Shown here: positions 24,401-39,400 of the stretch, in pieces | Numbering within the stretch: the first letter of the stretch is position 1 | Layout of the letters: each line of letters opens with the position of its first letter | DNA from: an uncultured Lachnospiraceae bacterium | Lineage (GTDB): Bacteria; Bacillota; Clostridia; Christensenellales; UBA1242 | Length of the DNA: 64,000 bases | Reading direction: 5' to 3' | Assembly (NCBI GenBank): GCA_964521165.1 | Contig: CAZFRA010000003.1 | Location: forward strand, 10,076-74,075 | Made by a program: the position numbers and the translations under genes | The notes under the pieces: generated by a model | What the model was told of the DNA's origin: nothing | Database searches by the model: none | What the model saw: the letters and a program-made list of their open reading frames with translations, nothing else

Positions 24401-27400
24401 ACTACCGGCACAACTAGCGGCTCCACCAATATCGACGGTGACGGCGGCAGAGTGATAAGGATTTACTATGAACGCAACTCTTATTTATTCACTTTTACAC
24501 AAAACAGACAAACCGGCTTTACTGGTGTTAATGTAACAGTTGGCACAGAATCACAATCTGAAACAAGTGGTATTAGCGTAACCTACGGTCAAAGCGTGAC
24601 AATTTCTATCACAGTATATGTAGGTTACACCTTCAACGGCTTCATATCTTCCGATACAGATCTTATTGCAAGCGTTAGTGCGGGTAATGAAAATGTTGTA
24701 TCATCGTCTGGCACAGGTGCAACAACTTACACCTACACCTTCAATATGCCAGCGGGAGCGTTTACTTACACAGCGGACATCTCATCAGACGACGATACCG
24801 AATTTACCATTGTTTATATGTTTGAAAAACTGGATATAGCGGACTCTACTGGCGTAAATAAATACGAAGAATTGAGTGAAATTTATCCAAGCACAACTGG
24901 CACAGGCGAAACAGAAGCGGAAATCACAAACACACTTATTGGTGATAAGTTGATAAGTGTTGCCGGCTTTGAAGTGTCAGCCGTTGGAAGTATGGACGAA
25001 AATGGAACTGTTTCCGCAGTTTATATTTCCGGCGATGGTGGTAGCATTGTTTATGTTTACTATGATAGAATTTCATATAATGTGACGATTAACTATCTTC
25101 GCGCTTCCGACCAATCAACCAACCTGACATCATCATATTCGGAAACTCACCGATTCGGCGAAACTTTCACAGTTACAAACCCAACAATCGCAGGCTACAC
25201 AACAGGAAGTGCTAGCACATCTGTGACCGTGATTGTTGGCGGCGTTACAGAGAATGTATATTACACAGCAATTTCATATGATATCACGTATACAACGGGT
25301 AGCGGAGAAATCACTTCTAACGCTTCGGAATATAGCGACGAATATGATATTGAAACAGCAATCACATTACCAACCGCCGGACGCGACGGCTATACTTTTA
25401 CCGGCTGGCAAGTGACATCGGTTGATATAGGTAGCGGTGCAGTGACAGAAACTGGCGCAACAGTTGGCAATTGGACAATTGGAACGACTTATTCTGAAGG
25501 TAGTGTTCCTGCGGGCAACTATGGACATGTTACCTTCACAGCAGTTTGGAGTCCAATTTTAAACAATGTGACCTTCAACTTAACCAATTTAACAACAAAT
25601 GGCAGTTTAACAGTAGTGAGCGGAACGGAATATTCTGCGACTTTAATGGCAAACAGTGGATATAGTTTGCCAGAGTCTATTGATGTCACAATTGCTAATG
25701 TAAGTTTTACAAATTTCTCTTATGATAGCGAGACAGGAGAGATTACAATTTCCGGTGAATATGTTGCCGGCGATATCGTTATCACAGCAACGGGTGTGGC
25801 AAATAGATATCAAGTCAACTTCGTTTTGAACGATTCGAACAATTCCAACGGCTCAACAGAAGTCACATCAATCACGGTTGGCGAAACGAGTTTAACAATC
25901 ACCAACGGAGTTGTAAGTTTGTATGCAGTGTTTAACAGCACTTATGCAACTCTTTATATATATGCAGAAGGTGAAACTTCAATCACATTCGACGCTTTTG
26001 TTGCAGCAATTGAAAGAGATGGTTACACCTTTGGTGGTTTCTATAACACTCAACTTTCAATTGGCGCTCCAACGGATAGCGCGACCGAACTTACTTCAAG
26101 TGATACACACACGAACTACTCATCCATATCCACATATTACGGATATTGGACGGCAAACACAAACACATCATACAGAGTTGAATACTACTTTATGAACCTT
26201 GACGGTAGTTATTCAAATGAGACAGAATATTACGAAGAATTGACTGGCACGACCGACGCGATTGCATCCGCTCCACTCTATAGCGGTGACACCACTGGCT
26301 TTATTACCCCAAGCGAAATAACAGATGTCACTATTTCGGCAGACGGAGAAACGGTTATTAAGTATTTCTACGCAAGAATGATCTTCACTGTAACAGTTTT
26401 GACTGGTGAAGGTGTAGCCAGCGTGACGGCAACTGCAACTTCGGGCGCTGCTAGTAGCACCGCAACCGGCAGCACAATTTCGGTTTACTATGGCGGAACA
26501 GTTGTTATCGACGCAACCGCTCAAAACGGCTATACCTTTAGTGGCGATTGGACAAAAGGTGATTCTTCGTATCCAGATTTAGTAACAGCGAGCGGAGAAG
26601 GTTTAAGTAGCACAGCAAAACAATTCACAATTAGCAACATTAGCAACATTAGCAACAGCAGCATTACTTACACCGCAACTGCTGAACCAAATGTTATCAC
26701 AATCACGCTTGATGCACAAAATGGTGAATATGATGACGACGGCACAACCGAAATTTATTTGAAATATAACACTGGTTGGTATAGTGACAGTGACGCTCTT
26801 GCAGAAAACATAATTTCTTCAATCACCATTCCAGAACGCGAAGGTTATACTTTTGCAGGTTATTACACGGAAGTAAACGGCGCAGGCACACCAATCACTG
26901 ACAGCGCAGGCAATTTATCTACTAGTGTTTTAACTTTCACATATACCGAAACAACAATTTATGCAAACTGGACGAGAAATTCCTATGACTTGACAATCAC
27001 TTATGTATATTCTGATACTGTGGACAACAGAAGTAACGTTATTAACACTTACACCACACAAGTTGCTTTTGGTGTCACATTCGAAGTTACTTCCCCAACA
27101 GTGACTGGCTACACAGCAACATCGGTTGAAGTGACGTCGCCAAGCGGCTTTACATTGACAAGTAATAGTGCAACAACAATTTCTGGTGAAATGCCAGCAA
27201 GTGCAGTTAGCATCACAGTGACTTACACTCCTAAACAATACACGATAACCTTTGATGCAAACTCTGGCAGTGACAGTGTTAGTGGTGAAATGGAAAGTAT
27301 AACTATCTATTACAACCAAACAATAACTTTACCGGAAAACGAATTTACAAGAGACGGTTATATCTTCCTTGGCTGGAACACAAGCGCGAATGGCTCAGGA

Positions 27401-30400
27401 ACATCATACTCCGATGAAGCAGCAATCACAATGAACTCTGGAACCTTCTCTGATTTTAATGAGAGTTTAGCAACTCAAACCTTCACTCTATATGCTCAAT
27501 GGACGGAAAGCACAAGCACACCATATTATGTGGAAGTTTACTTAATGGACACAATGGGTGGGTACGACGAAACTGAACCATCCGAAACCAAAACTTATTA
27601 TGGTAGGACTGACACAACAATTGAAGTGACAGTGAGCGGCGATGAAACAACAATCACTTTCACTAACAACAGCATCAACAATACATTGTCTTATACAGGC
27701 TTCACAGTGTCAAGTTACACTCCAGAAGGAGAAACATCAGTTTCGGGCAGTGAAGACACATATACAACCTTCAAAGTATACTTTGCTCGCAATATCTACA
27801 CCTTAACCTTAACGGCTGAAACAGGTGCAATTGCGAACTATGTAACAACAGATGTGGACAGCGAAACAAGTGGATATCAATACTACTACGAGCAAGAAGT
27901 TACAATCACGGCAACAATCTCGACAGGCTACACTTTTGCAGGCTGGCAAGTGGACAGTGGCGTAACACCATCGTCAATGAGTAGTCAAACAAATGGCAAT
28001 GTTGTAACAACCACTTTCAAAATGGGACTTGGCGACACCACACTCTTGGCACAAGTTACTGTAAATTCTTATAAACTTTATATCGACCTTGACGCGACAG
28101 ATGCGACCTATAATGATTCGACTTTGGAAGAAGGCTATTATGTTGAGCAAGCATATGGCACAACATATACTCTATTTACGCCATATCGCGCAGGCTATAC
28201 ATTCACAGGCTGGACTTTGGAAGGTTTGGACGGTTTCACTCCAACTGAACTTAGTGGAAGTACATACACATTTGGTGCAGGTGACGCCAAAGTGACAGCA
28301 AATTGGTCGGCAAATAGATATCAAGTAAACTTCGTTTTGAACGATTCGAACAATTCCAACGGCTCAACAGCAGTCACATCAATCACGGTTGGCGAAACGA
28401 GTTTAACAATCACCAACGGAGTTGTAAGTTTGTATGCAGTGTTTAACAGCACTTATGCAACTCTTTATATATATGCAGAAGGTGAAACTTCAATCACATT
28501 CGACGCTTTTGTTGCAGCAATTGAAAGAGATGGTTACACCTTTGGTGGTTTCTATAACACTCAACTTTCAATTGGCGCTCCAACGGATAGCGCGACCGAA
28601 CTTACTTCAAGTGATACACACACGAACTACTCATCCATATCCACATATTACGGATATTGGACGGCAAACACTTACAACTTAACAATCGCTGGCGACAATG
28701 TTACCGTAAGTGTTAGTGGTGCAACAGGTGAAAACAATTCGTATGGTGTTAAATTCGACGCTAGAATTACTTTAACGGCGGAAGTAAGCATAGGTTATTA
28801 CTTTGTTAACTTCGAATCCACACCGTTTACATCCACTGACAACCCATATACATTTAACTACACAACAGCAGACGATGTGATAATCACGGCAAATGTTTCG
28901 GCATATAATTACACAATCCAATATGATAACAACACAGGCTCGGGTAATTTGGACGATACACCTGCAACTTATGACCAAGCAGTTGCTCTTGACGATGCTA
29001 GTGATTTGGCAAAACCTGGATATGCCTTTACGAGTTGGTCGACAACACAAGACGCTGAAGATTATACCGAAATCAGCGGAACGTTAAGTGGTGACGGCAC
29101 CGAAGCAGATTTGGTTACTGCTTACATCAAAGAAGAATATAACAGTGCAAGCGGAATTTACTATTATAACGGCACTTTCTATGCTTTCAACTTACTTGCA
29201 ACACAAGGCACAACAACCGTTTATGCACAATGGTCGCAAATTAATTATAATGTTAACATTAACGAGCAAAATGGCAATAACGCAACAGAAGTTAATGACT
29301 TAACAAACGTTGGATATAACATCGCAGTTGAAATTGTTGGTGGTGAAGATTTGTTAAGACAAGGCTACACCCTTGCAGGCTTCTCCACAAGCCAAACTGC
29401 ACTTTCAAACTTCACAACAATCTCAACAGAAACATTGGCACCGGTTAGCGGAACAGATGATGCAGTGACCTTGACAAGTTATTTGATAACAAACAATATG
29501 TCCGGCGGAATTTACTACTATAATGGCAAATATTATGTCTTCAACTTAACAACCACCAATGAAACAGTACAAATCTATGCAATTTGGACAGAGTCGACTT
29601 CTTATTATATTATTGAATATTATTTCGAAGGACTTAACTACTCATATCTTCTCGAGCCTGACGATACGGAAACAATTGAAAGTGTAACAACAGGCACATC
29701 AGTGACAATCACTCCAAAAACAGTCACTGGTTTCACAATTGACTACAATAACAGCACTTCTTTAACCGGTACTGTGACTGGCGACGATAGTCCACTCACA
29801 TTCAAACTTTACTACACACGCAACACGTATACTGTTCAAGTTTACACTCCTTCTTTTGAAACAGATGTTACTGGCGTAAGGAATATTGAGGTGACGGCAG
29901 AATATTCAACAGATACAAATTATAAATATAACGACAGCGTAACTGTGACTGTGACTCTTGAAGACGGCTACACCTTCAAAAACTTCACAGAAGGTGTCAA
30001 CACCTATGAAAGCGAAAGCGACGGCGTAACAGTTAACGGCAGCACCGTGACATTTAAATTCAACATCACAGCAGACAGAGTTTTAACCCTTAATCTTACA
30101 CGCGGAGAATACACCGTCACAATCAAACATATGTTTGCAACTTTGGGTGGCGGATATGAATCACTCGAAGGATTTGAAGAAGGTACTACAACATCAATGT
30201 ATGTTGACCACACAATCACCGAAGATGATTTGGAAGACTTCATTTTGTCCGATAGTGAAATTTCTGGCTACACCTATTCTTCATTTAGCGGTATCACAGT
30301 TTCAACAACAGTAGAAAATAATGTTGTAACAATTTATTACGCTCGCAGAACATACACTTTAAGTCTTGACCAAACAAACACTGGTGTTTCCAAGGTGTCG

Positions 30401-33400
30401 GCAAGTGGTACCTATGTGACAGAAATCTCGGAAACGGCAAGTTACATCACATACGAAGTAACTTATGGTGCAACAGTAACTTTGGAATACACTCTTAACA
30501 CCGGATATGAGTTTAGTAGTTGGGGCGCAACAACAGGCAGTGGCGCAACCGTGGAAGTAACGGCAGGCAGCGGCACAACCGGAACATTCACAATGCCATA
30601 TGAAAATGTGACGGTAAGCGTTCGTGCAGCGTCTGAAAAAGTTCAATTCCAGTTCGTTTATTATCTAGAAGGACTCGATGGCGAGTATTATGTACAAGAT
30701 AGCCAAGACGTAGATATCCAAGAAGCAGAAGCGGGTAGTCCAATTGAAAACATCCTTGAATATAATTTACGCACATTCACTGGTTATGAATATTCTGGAT
30801 ATGATAACGAAACTATCATTGCAGCACCAGTAATGGAAGGTTTAACAACAACTTACACACAAATTTGGGTAAGATACACAAGAGCATTTGTCAACATTAC
30901 CATCATTCTTGGCACTGGTGTGACAAGCGTGACTTTGACTTCAAGTGAAACGGTTGGCGATGTGACAGTTGCAGACAAATTTAAAATTAGCACCACAATC
31001 GAAACAACGTCAAACACTATTCAGGCAGCGTATGGTTTGAGATTAAACCTTTCTGCAACATATAGCAGTGGATACGAATCTGTTTCGTATATATTTAGTG
31101 ATGGCAATGTTTCTGAAGATAATGGAATATATTACATCATCGTTCCAGCAACAGAAAGCACTTTACTAGCAACCACAACGTCGGAAATTGTCCAAATCAT
31201 GCTTGACGCACAAAATGGCGAAGATGATGACGACGGCACAACCACACTTTACTTGAAATATGGCGAAGGTTGGTATAGCGACGCTCTTGCGGAAAACACA
31301 ATTTCTTCAATCATCATTCCAGAACGCACAGGCTACATCTTTGCAGGTTATTACACATCCACTGGAACACAAATAATTGACAGCACTGGCAATATTTTGA
31401 GCGGTAACCTAACCTTCACAGTAACCCTTGCAACTATTTACGCTCAATGGACGCCAATCACTTACAATTTAACATATAACGGCAATGAAGGCACAGGAAC
31501 AGATGGTTCAGTTACCAGTAGCACTTTTACACACGATATAGCACTCACTTATGATGTGGCAGTGGCACTTCGAAGTGATATAACTTGGTCAAGACAAGGC
31601 TATACCTTTGCAGGCTTCTCCACAAGCCAAACTGGACTTTCAAACTTCACAACAATCTCAACAGAAACATTGGCACCGGTTAGTGGAATAGATGATGCAG
31701 TGACCTTGACAAGTTATTTGACAGAAAACAATATGTCCGGCGGAATTTACTATTATAACGGCACATATTATGCCTTCAACTTAACGTCAACAAGCGGTGC
31801 AAATGTTCCAATCTATGTTGTTTGGGATGCGATTAAATACACAATCACATATTACGCAAACAACGGCACAAATGATTCTTACACAACCGAAAGCATTTCT
31901 TACACAGAACTTGTAACCATTTTAAATATTGATAACGCAAACCTTGGGTACACTTTGACTGGTTATGAATTCAATGGTTGGAATACGGAACCTGACGGCA
32001 GCGGTTCAAATTATACCGCTGGGGGACAATATTCTGGTTTGGTGGACGGCAACACATTTGAACTTTACGCTCAATGGAAAGCGAACACTTACACGATTAA
32101 CTATAATGGCAATGCTAGAGACGCTTATAACACAATGACGCCATCGACTGGAACATACGACACAGCATCGGCGCTTTCTCCAAATGGTTTCTTGCGAATA
32201 GCGTATACCTTTGCAGGTTGGACAACAACAGAAGGTGGCACAACAAGTCAAGTTACCACAATCAGCGAAACATTGACCGGTGACGGCACCGAAGCAGATT
32301 TGGTTACTGCTTACATCAAAGAAGAATATAGCAGTGCAAGCGGAATTTACTATTATAACGGCACATATTATGCCTTCAACTTAACATCAACAAATGGTGG
32401 AGATGTTACAATCTATGTTGTTTGGGATGCTATTGAATACACAATCACATATAATGCGAACGGCGGAAGCTTTGCTGACCAAGAATTAGCAACACAAAAA
32501 TATACAACTGTTTCAGGTGTTGAACTTAGAAACAATAACGATATAACTTTGGTTGGACACAGACTTATCGGCTACACAATCGAAGTTTCTGGCGTCGACG
32601 CAAACAACTGGTTGACTGTTTATACAAGCGCGGAAATTTCACTTTCATTTAGCAATAATGACGCCGGTTCGTTCACAATAAGTAGTGGACTTTACGGCAA
32701 TGTCATACTCACGGCAATATGGCAACCGCTTAGTTATAACTTGACCATAAACTATGCCTATGCCGATGATAGTGCACTTACTGGAAATGTGGCAACTGCT
32801 CACACATCAACGAGAACTTATGCGACAACATTTGATGTTACATCTCCATCAATCACCGGCTATTACATCTCAAATGTTGTTGTAACAACGGCTCCGGATG
32901 GATTTACTCTTTCAAGTGGAACAACGGATAGTAATGTTGCTGGAACAATGCCAGCAGGCAATGTTATAATCACTGTTTACTATTCGCCAGTCGAAATCGC
33001 TTTGACGATTAACTACAACAAAGCAAGCGGCACAACAGGCACTATCACCGAACTTGATTACGACACGATTTATGTGCTTTATGGTCACACTTACAGTTCA
33101 GCCTATACCAAAAATGGAGATTCAACATCCACCGTTGGACTTGCAACTCTAACCCGCACCGGCTATACCTTTGCAGGTTGGAGCCTTAACGCAAGTGGAA
33201 CAAATGCGATAAACGGTAACACAACCGTGGCTATCACTTCCGACCAAGAGATATACGCACAATGGACGGCAGGTACCACATCATTTACAGTAAACTATTA
33301 CTTTGAAAATCTATATGATAATGGATATACCATTGACAATGATTACACACAAAATGGCTCAGGCACAACCGACGCACAAATCACACTTGCTATGTTGAGA

Positions 33401-36400
33401 GAACTTATAGGTTATAATGACACAAGCACAACAGAATTCCCAACAGTTACCGGCTTCACAGTTGACGAAGGTTTGATCAGTCTTACAACAATAAGTGCAG
33501 ATACAACGACGGTTATTAATGTTTACTTCACAAGAAACTATAACACTCTCATCATTTCAAGAGATGCACAAGTTTCAAGTTTCACCGTGACAGCAAACAC
33601 AAGCGGTGCATTTGGCGAAGTGACAGCAGAACTGGTTCGCTCAACAAACAACGGAAACATTTTTGAAGTGAGATACGGCGCAATCGTTATAGTTGAAGCA
33701 GCATTCAATGCAGGATATGAATTTGACTCATTCACAGCAACCATACTTGAAGGCTTTGACGGCACGACAAATCCAACAACCTTCACAATGCCGGATGCAA
33801 GTGTTGAGATTTTAATCGCGTCAACTGCATCGATATTCAAAATTACTTTGACTGCTACGGACGACGGTGTAACATCGGAGGGCACAACTGAAATCTATTT
33901 GAAATATGGCGAAGGTTGGTACAGCGATGATTCTGCAACCAACGCAATCACTTCAATCACCACTCCAACTCGCACAGGCTACACCTTCTCATCATACAGT
34001 AACGGCTCAATCATTATTATTGACAGCAATGGTAATATTGTTGGTTCCACAACCTTCACAACAGCAGACATCATATTGCAAGCACAATGGAATGCACTTG
34101 CATATTCCTTCACGCTTACAACCGACCTTGGTATCACAAGAGAAAATGTGACAATCACAATTAACAACAATATTCAAGATGAAATTCCAACTCAAGTAAG
34201 ATATGGACAAAGCATAACAATCGCAGTTCCAACAGGCGCAATTGTTAATGGTTATGTATATAGTCAAATCTCTTACACAATGGCTGTTGAAGGTCAAGCG
34301 GGAACAACAAGCGGAGCAACGGAAAGTGGAATAACAACAATCACAATCACAGTGACAGGTGCACTTTCTGTGACAATCACCACAACTCCAAAGACTGACT
34401 CACAAATCAAAGTTGTTTACGCTCTTCAAAAACTTGATGGAACATATGACATAACATCAGAAACGGAGATAATTGACGGTGCAACAACAGGTACGCCAAT
34501 TACTTTGGCATATTTGATAGAACTTGATGCAATCAAGTCCTTTACAGGTTACTATTACTCGACATTCGGCGATGCTATATACAATCCTTCGGATGTTTTC
34601 ACAGTAATATACAATTCTAACATTGAAGGTAGCGATGATGATTATACTACAGTTTATATCTTATATTTGAGATATCACTATGGTTTAAAACTCACCAGTG
34701 CAACTGGAGTAACAAGTTTCACAATTGAACTTGAAGCATCGGGCACTGGCGTTTACTCAACCGACTTCTCTGAATGGCGTGTGCTTTATGGCGCAGGGCT
34801 ATACATTTCTTATGCTCTCGCCGACAGCTCAGGTTACATCTTCAACGGCTTTAACATTGTGGCAATTGATACAACTGGATATGGAGCCGATAGTTCAGAA
34901 TATTCAAACGCAACTCGATACGAACTAGAATTTGAACAAGATTCATCAAGTAACATAATTGGCGTTGGAACATATTACTATATGGATGATAACCAAACGA
35001 GAGTCGATGTTCTTGAGTTGACATATGTGGATGGAAAATATTATTTGAGCGCAATGCCAAGTTATTATCTCTCAATCACAATTGATGTTGAGCCAAGAAC
35101 ATATCAAATTATTTACAACACAAACTATCAAGATAATAGTATGACTGATACAACACAAACCGGCGATTCAGCAACATTTGGAGAAAGTTACATCTTCTAT
35201 AGCGTAGACGAATTTAGCTGGTCAAAGAGCGGGTATAGCTTTGCCGGCTGGGCATTTGCCGAAAACCCAACAGAAGTGATTATTTCAAACTTCACAGATG
35301 GCGAATACACAGCAATCTTCAACAGTTACTACGCACGTTTTGCTGAAGAAAATAACGGCGTTTACACACTTAATTTGTATGCCGTTTGGTCAACCGGAAC
35401 ATCTTCTTACACGATTGAATACTACTTTGAACAACTTGACGGTACTTATTTGAAATCCGATTATACAAGAGAATTAACCGGATATACCGACATTACTGTT
35501 CACACATCCGGACAAGAAGGTGTGCAAGTCTATGTTGATGAAGGATGGGTTGACGAAGGTGTGAGAACGGGTTACTACATCGACAATAATCACACTGATG
35601 CAAAAATGTCTGGCGAAGTGGAATCAGATGGCTCACTTATTTTGAAAGTTTACTACACACTTTATAGATACACTTTAACAATCACATCGGACGGCAATTT
35701 TAGCGCTTTGACTGCTTCGGCTTCGGAAAGTGATGGTTATATTTTAGGCACGCCTTCTAGCGGAAGTGATAGTGTGACCTATCAAGTGAAGTATGGCACA
35801 ACAATAACAATAGCAGCAACACCAAATGACGGTTATATGTTATACAGTTTGTCGGCAACAACTGCAACAATTTCGGTTGAGAGTCCAACCTTCATAATGA
35901 CAACCAACACAATTGTGGTTGCAACCGCAACGGCTCGTTCGTATGAAATTGTCTTTGATGCAAACGGCGGTACCGGTCAAATGCCAAATCAAGAGATGAC
36001 TTTTTATGTTTCAACTCGCTTGAATTTAAACAATGACCAAATCACTCGTCAAGGCTATACCTTTGCCGGCTGGGCAATTAGTGAAACTAATGCTAATAGC
36101 GGCACTGTAGATTATGGCGACGGTGAATACTTCCTTTTGAGTGAAAATTATTCCGAAGAAGTTAGATTGTATGCTGTTTGGACGCCATCAACTTCAAGTT
36201 ATAAAGTTAATTTTGTCATTGAAGGCAACACACTTTCAAACGACGAAATTGAAAACTGGACGGTAACAATCACCGGCGAAGGCACGACAGGAGAAACAAT
36301 CACCAGTGCTATGGTAACAGCACTTCTTGCAGACGCATTAAAGAACATTGCTGGTCACATCTATGTTGACGGCGAAGAAAACTTCTTTACAATTTCGGGC

Positions 36401-39400
36401 TTTACAGAAGAAACAACAATCACCGGCGACAACGTTACAGCAGAAGTGACTGCAAACTTCACGAGAGTGAGCGTATCTTACGAAATTGAAGTGAATAGCG
36501 AAAGCGAAGAAGGTGTGACACAATTGTCAGTCACATATCTTGATCTTGCGACAAAAGCTTATACCACACAAACAACACAAACAGGCGACATTTCACTTGA
36601 ATTTGCTGCGGCTTATGGCGTGGATATCGTTTTAACAGTTACATATGCAAACGGATATGGTTATGCAAGTTTCACAAGATATCTTCCAACCGGAAATGGC
36701 GACGAAGAAGCTCTTGACACAACCTTCACGCCAACACGTAGTGGAAGCACCATAACCTTCAATAACGGTGCAAACTTGTCGGCAAGGTACGAAATTGCTG
36801 TATCGACTGGCACATTCACCTTCACGTACAACGATAACTTCCAAGGGCTCTTTACTCAAAGTTCGGCAACATATTCAGTCACAGTTGACTACCTTGCAGA
36901 CATAATTTTGAGAAATCCAACAAACTGGTCTGGCGTAGGTAACTGGACGCACACTGGCTACTCCTTCTTTGCTTGGGCATATGTTGTTGCAGACATAGAC
37001 AACTATAGTTATACTGAAATATCCAAACTTAGTGAAGCAACCGAAGAAGGTTACTATTATGTCAGCGGCACCTACTATTATGTTATTGAACCAACCACAA
37101 TTTATGGTGGAACCTATTCCTATGATGAATGGAATGGCAGAATACTTTATGCAATTTGGCAAGCAAATTCCTATGATATCATATATATGCAACAACCAGA
37201 TGGAGTGGAAGGCATAATGGATAAAACCGAAGCAACTTACGACGAAATTGTTGTACTTGCCACAGTGGAATTTAGACGCACCGGCTATACTTTCGCAGGT
37301 TGGGCATTTGCAATTTCAAACGACAGCGTGGCAATAGAAATTTCCGACTTTGAAGATATAACAGGAGCAGGAATTTACTATATTGAAACAACCGACGGCG
37401 AAACAACCACCCGAACTTACTATGGAGTAAATCTTATTGATGTCGATGGAATTGATAATCAAGATGGTTATGTTAACATTTATCCAGTTTGGACTCCAAT
37501 AACCTACAAAATCGTGCTCCACTCAAATACTACAGATGATTATACAATCACAATCGAGGCTGTTTACGGCTTAAATGTCACTCTTCCACTTTTCAGTGAT
37601 AGTCGATTTGAGGATTGGACAAATGCCGGATATGACTTTAATGGTTGGTATTATTACATCGACGAACAAACTACTAGGACATACACTGGCAATGAAAGCA
37701 CAGAATTCTCATTTATCAATTTAGCAACCGAAGAAGGCGCAGAGGTTGACCTTTATGTTAACTGGATAGCAGGCTATACAACCTACTCAGTTTATGTTAA
37801 ATATCAAAATGCAGACGGCACCTACGATGACGTGATAGGAGATAATTATATACTTGTTGACTATTATTCCGACAGGATAACTGGTACAATCGTGACCCCA
37901 TACGAAGTTTGGGATGAATTCAATCTTGCCGAAAGTTATATCACAACAGGTTATCAAGTTTTGAACCAAGGTAATAATGCGTCACCAATTACTTTGCAAG
38001 CAACCGGCACAACAATCATCATCTACATTTCAAGAATATCCTACAACTTGTATTTAAATAATGTACAAGGTATTAGAACTTCTTCCGTTGTCACAACAGG
38101 TATTAGCACAAGTGTTATAAATCCAGTGCAAGACGCAAATGGTAACATAAGTTACTATGAAGTAATTTTCGGCGCAACTGTTACGATTGAGTACACCTTG
38201 TTGGCGGGTTATAGCACCCCAGTTACATACACAACTTATGTGGAAGGTGTTGAGTTTAGCAATAACGCATTTACAATGCCAACAAGCAATTTAACAGTGG
38301 AAATTTCAGCAACAGCGGACACCGACACCAAATATGCTGTATATATCTATCTTGAAGATGCAGACGGAAATTATGGAAGCACAGCCGACTATTCTGTAAC
38401 TTACGAAGGCACGACTGACACTCAAATTGTTGGAATGTCGTTGGCAGAATATATTCTCACACAAGAATATGTTGTGGGTGGACAAGTAATTTCAAGCACA
38501 TACTATCGTTTCAATAATATGGCTGGTGACGAGACAATCAAGGGATACGAAGATGAAAGTGACCAAAGTGTTGTGTATATCTACTTTGCTCGTAGAACCT
38601 TTAATGTGACCTTCACAACCAACTTACAAGCAGGATTGTCAGGACGATCAGAGAATATTTTGAACGCAAGGTTTGGTTCATCAGGCAGCCTAACAATTGT
38701 TTTGAACCAAGGTTATTTGCTTGAAACTCCAACACCGCTCACAATAACAATTGTAAGTGCTGGCGATGATAATAGAAATTCATACGACTTGACTTATACG
38801 ACAATTGGACCTAGCATAACAAGCGAAGGATTGACGACTTATACTTTCACATTCACAGTTCCAGCACAAAATATCAATATCCAAATCAACATTGAAGCAG
38901 ATGAAGTCAACTACACAATTTACTATCTCTTCCAAAATATTGATTTAACGGATTATGAGGAAGTAGCCACGGTGAACCCTGTTACTGAACAAGCAACAAC
39001 CGGCACAGTTTTAACAGAAGCCGATATCAGCGATTACACAACAAGTAGTCCACTCACCGGATTTACATATTCCTACTCGTCCTTCTCAGCTGGGGATATT
39101 ACAGTTGCTGGTGACGGCTCGACAGTAATCAACCTATACTTTATTAGAATAAGAAGCATTTTCACGATTGAAATCTATGACAGTTATCTAGGTCTAGATG
39201 GCAATGTGACAATCGAAGTTCAAGGTTCACCAAGTTCTTCTCTTGGCGGCGGGACCTATTCTGTGGCTTATGGACAAACCGTAACCGTGTCAGTTAGCGT
39301 TCTTACTGGTTATAAAGAAGCAACCTTCACTGTGGACACACTCAGCCAATCAAGCGAAGCCGAAAGTGAAGAAAATTTGGAAATTGGTGAATATTATATC

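Noticed and set aside
25798-28671. The 363-bp repeat pair might be the template and variable repeats of a diversity-generating retroelement.
   Set aside because: There are only two mismatches and they are not adenine-specific in one direction (C/A at one site, A/C at the other). No reverse transcriptase or accessory gene is present in the window.
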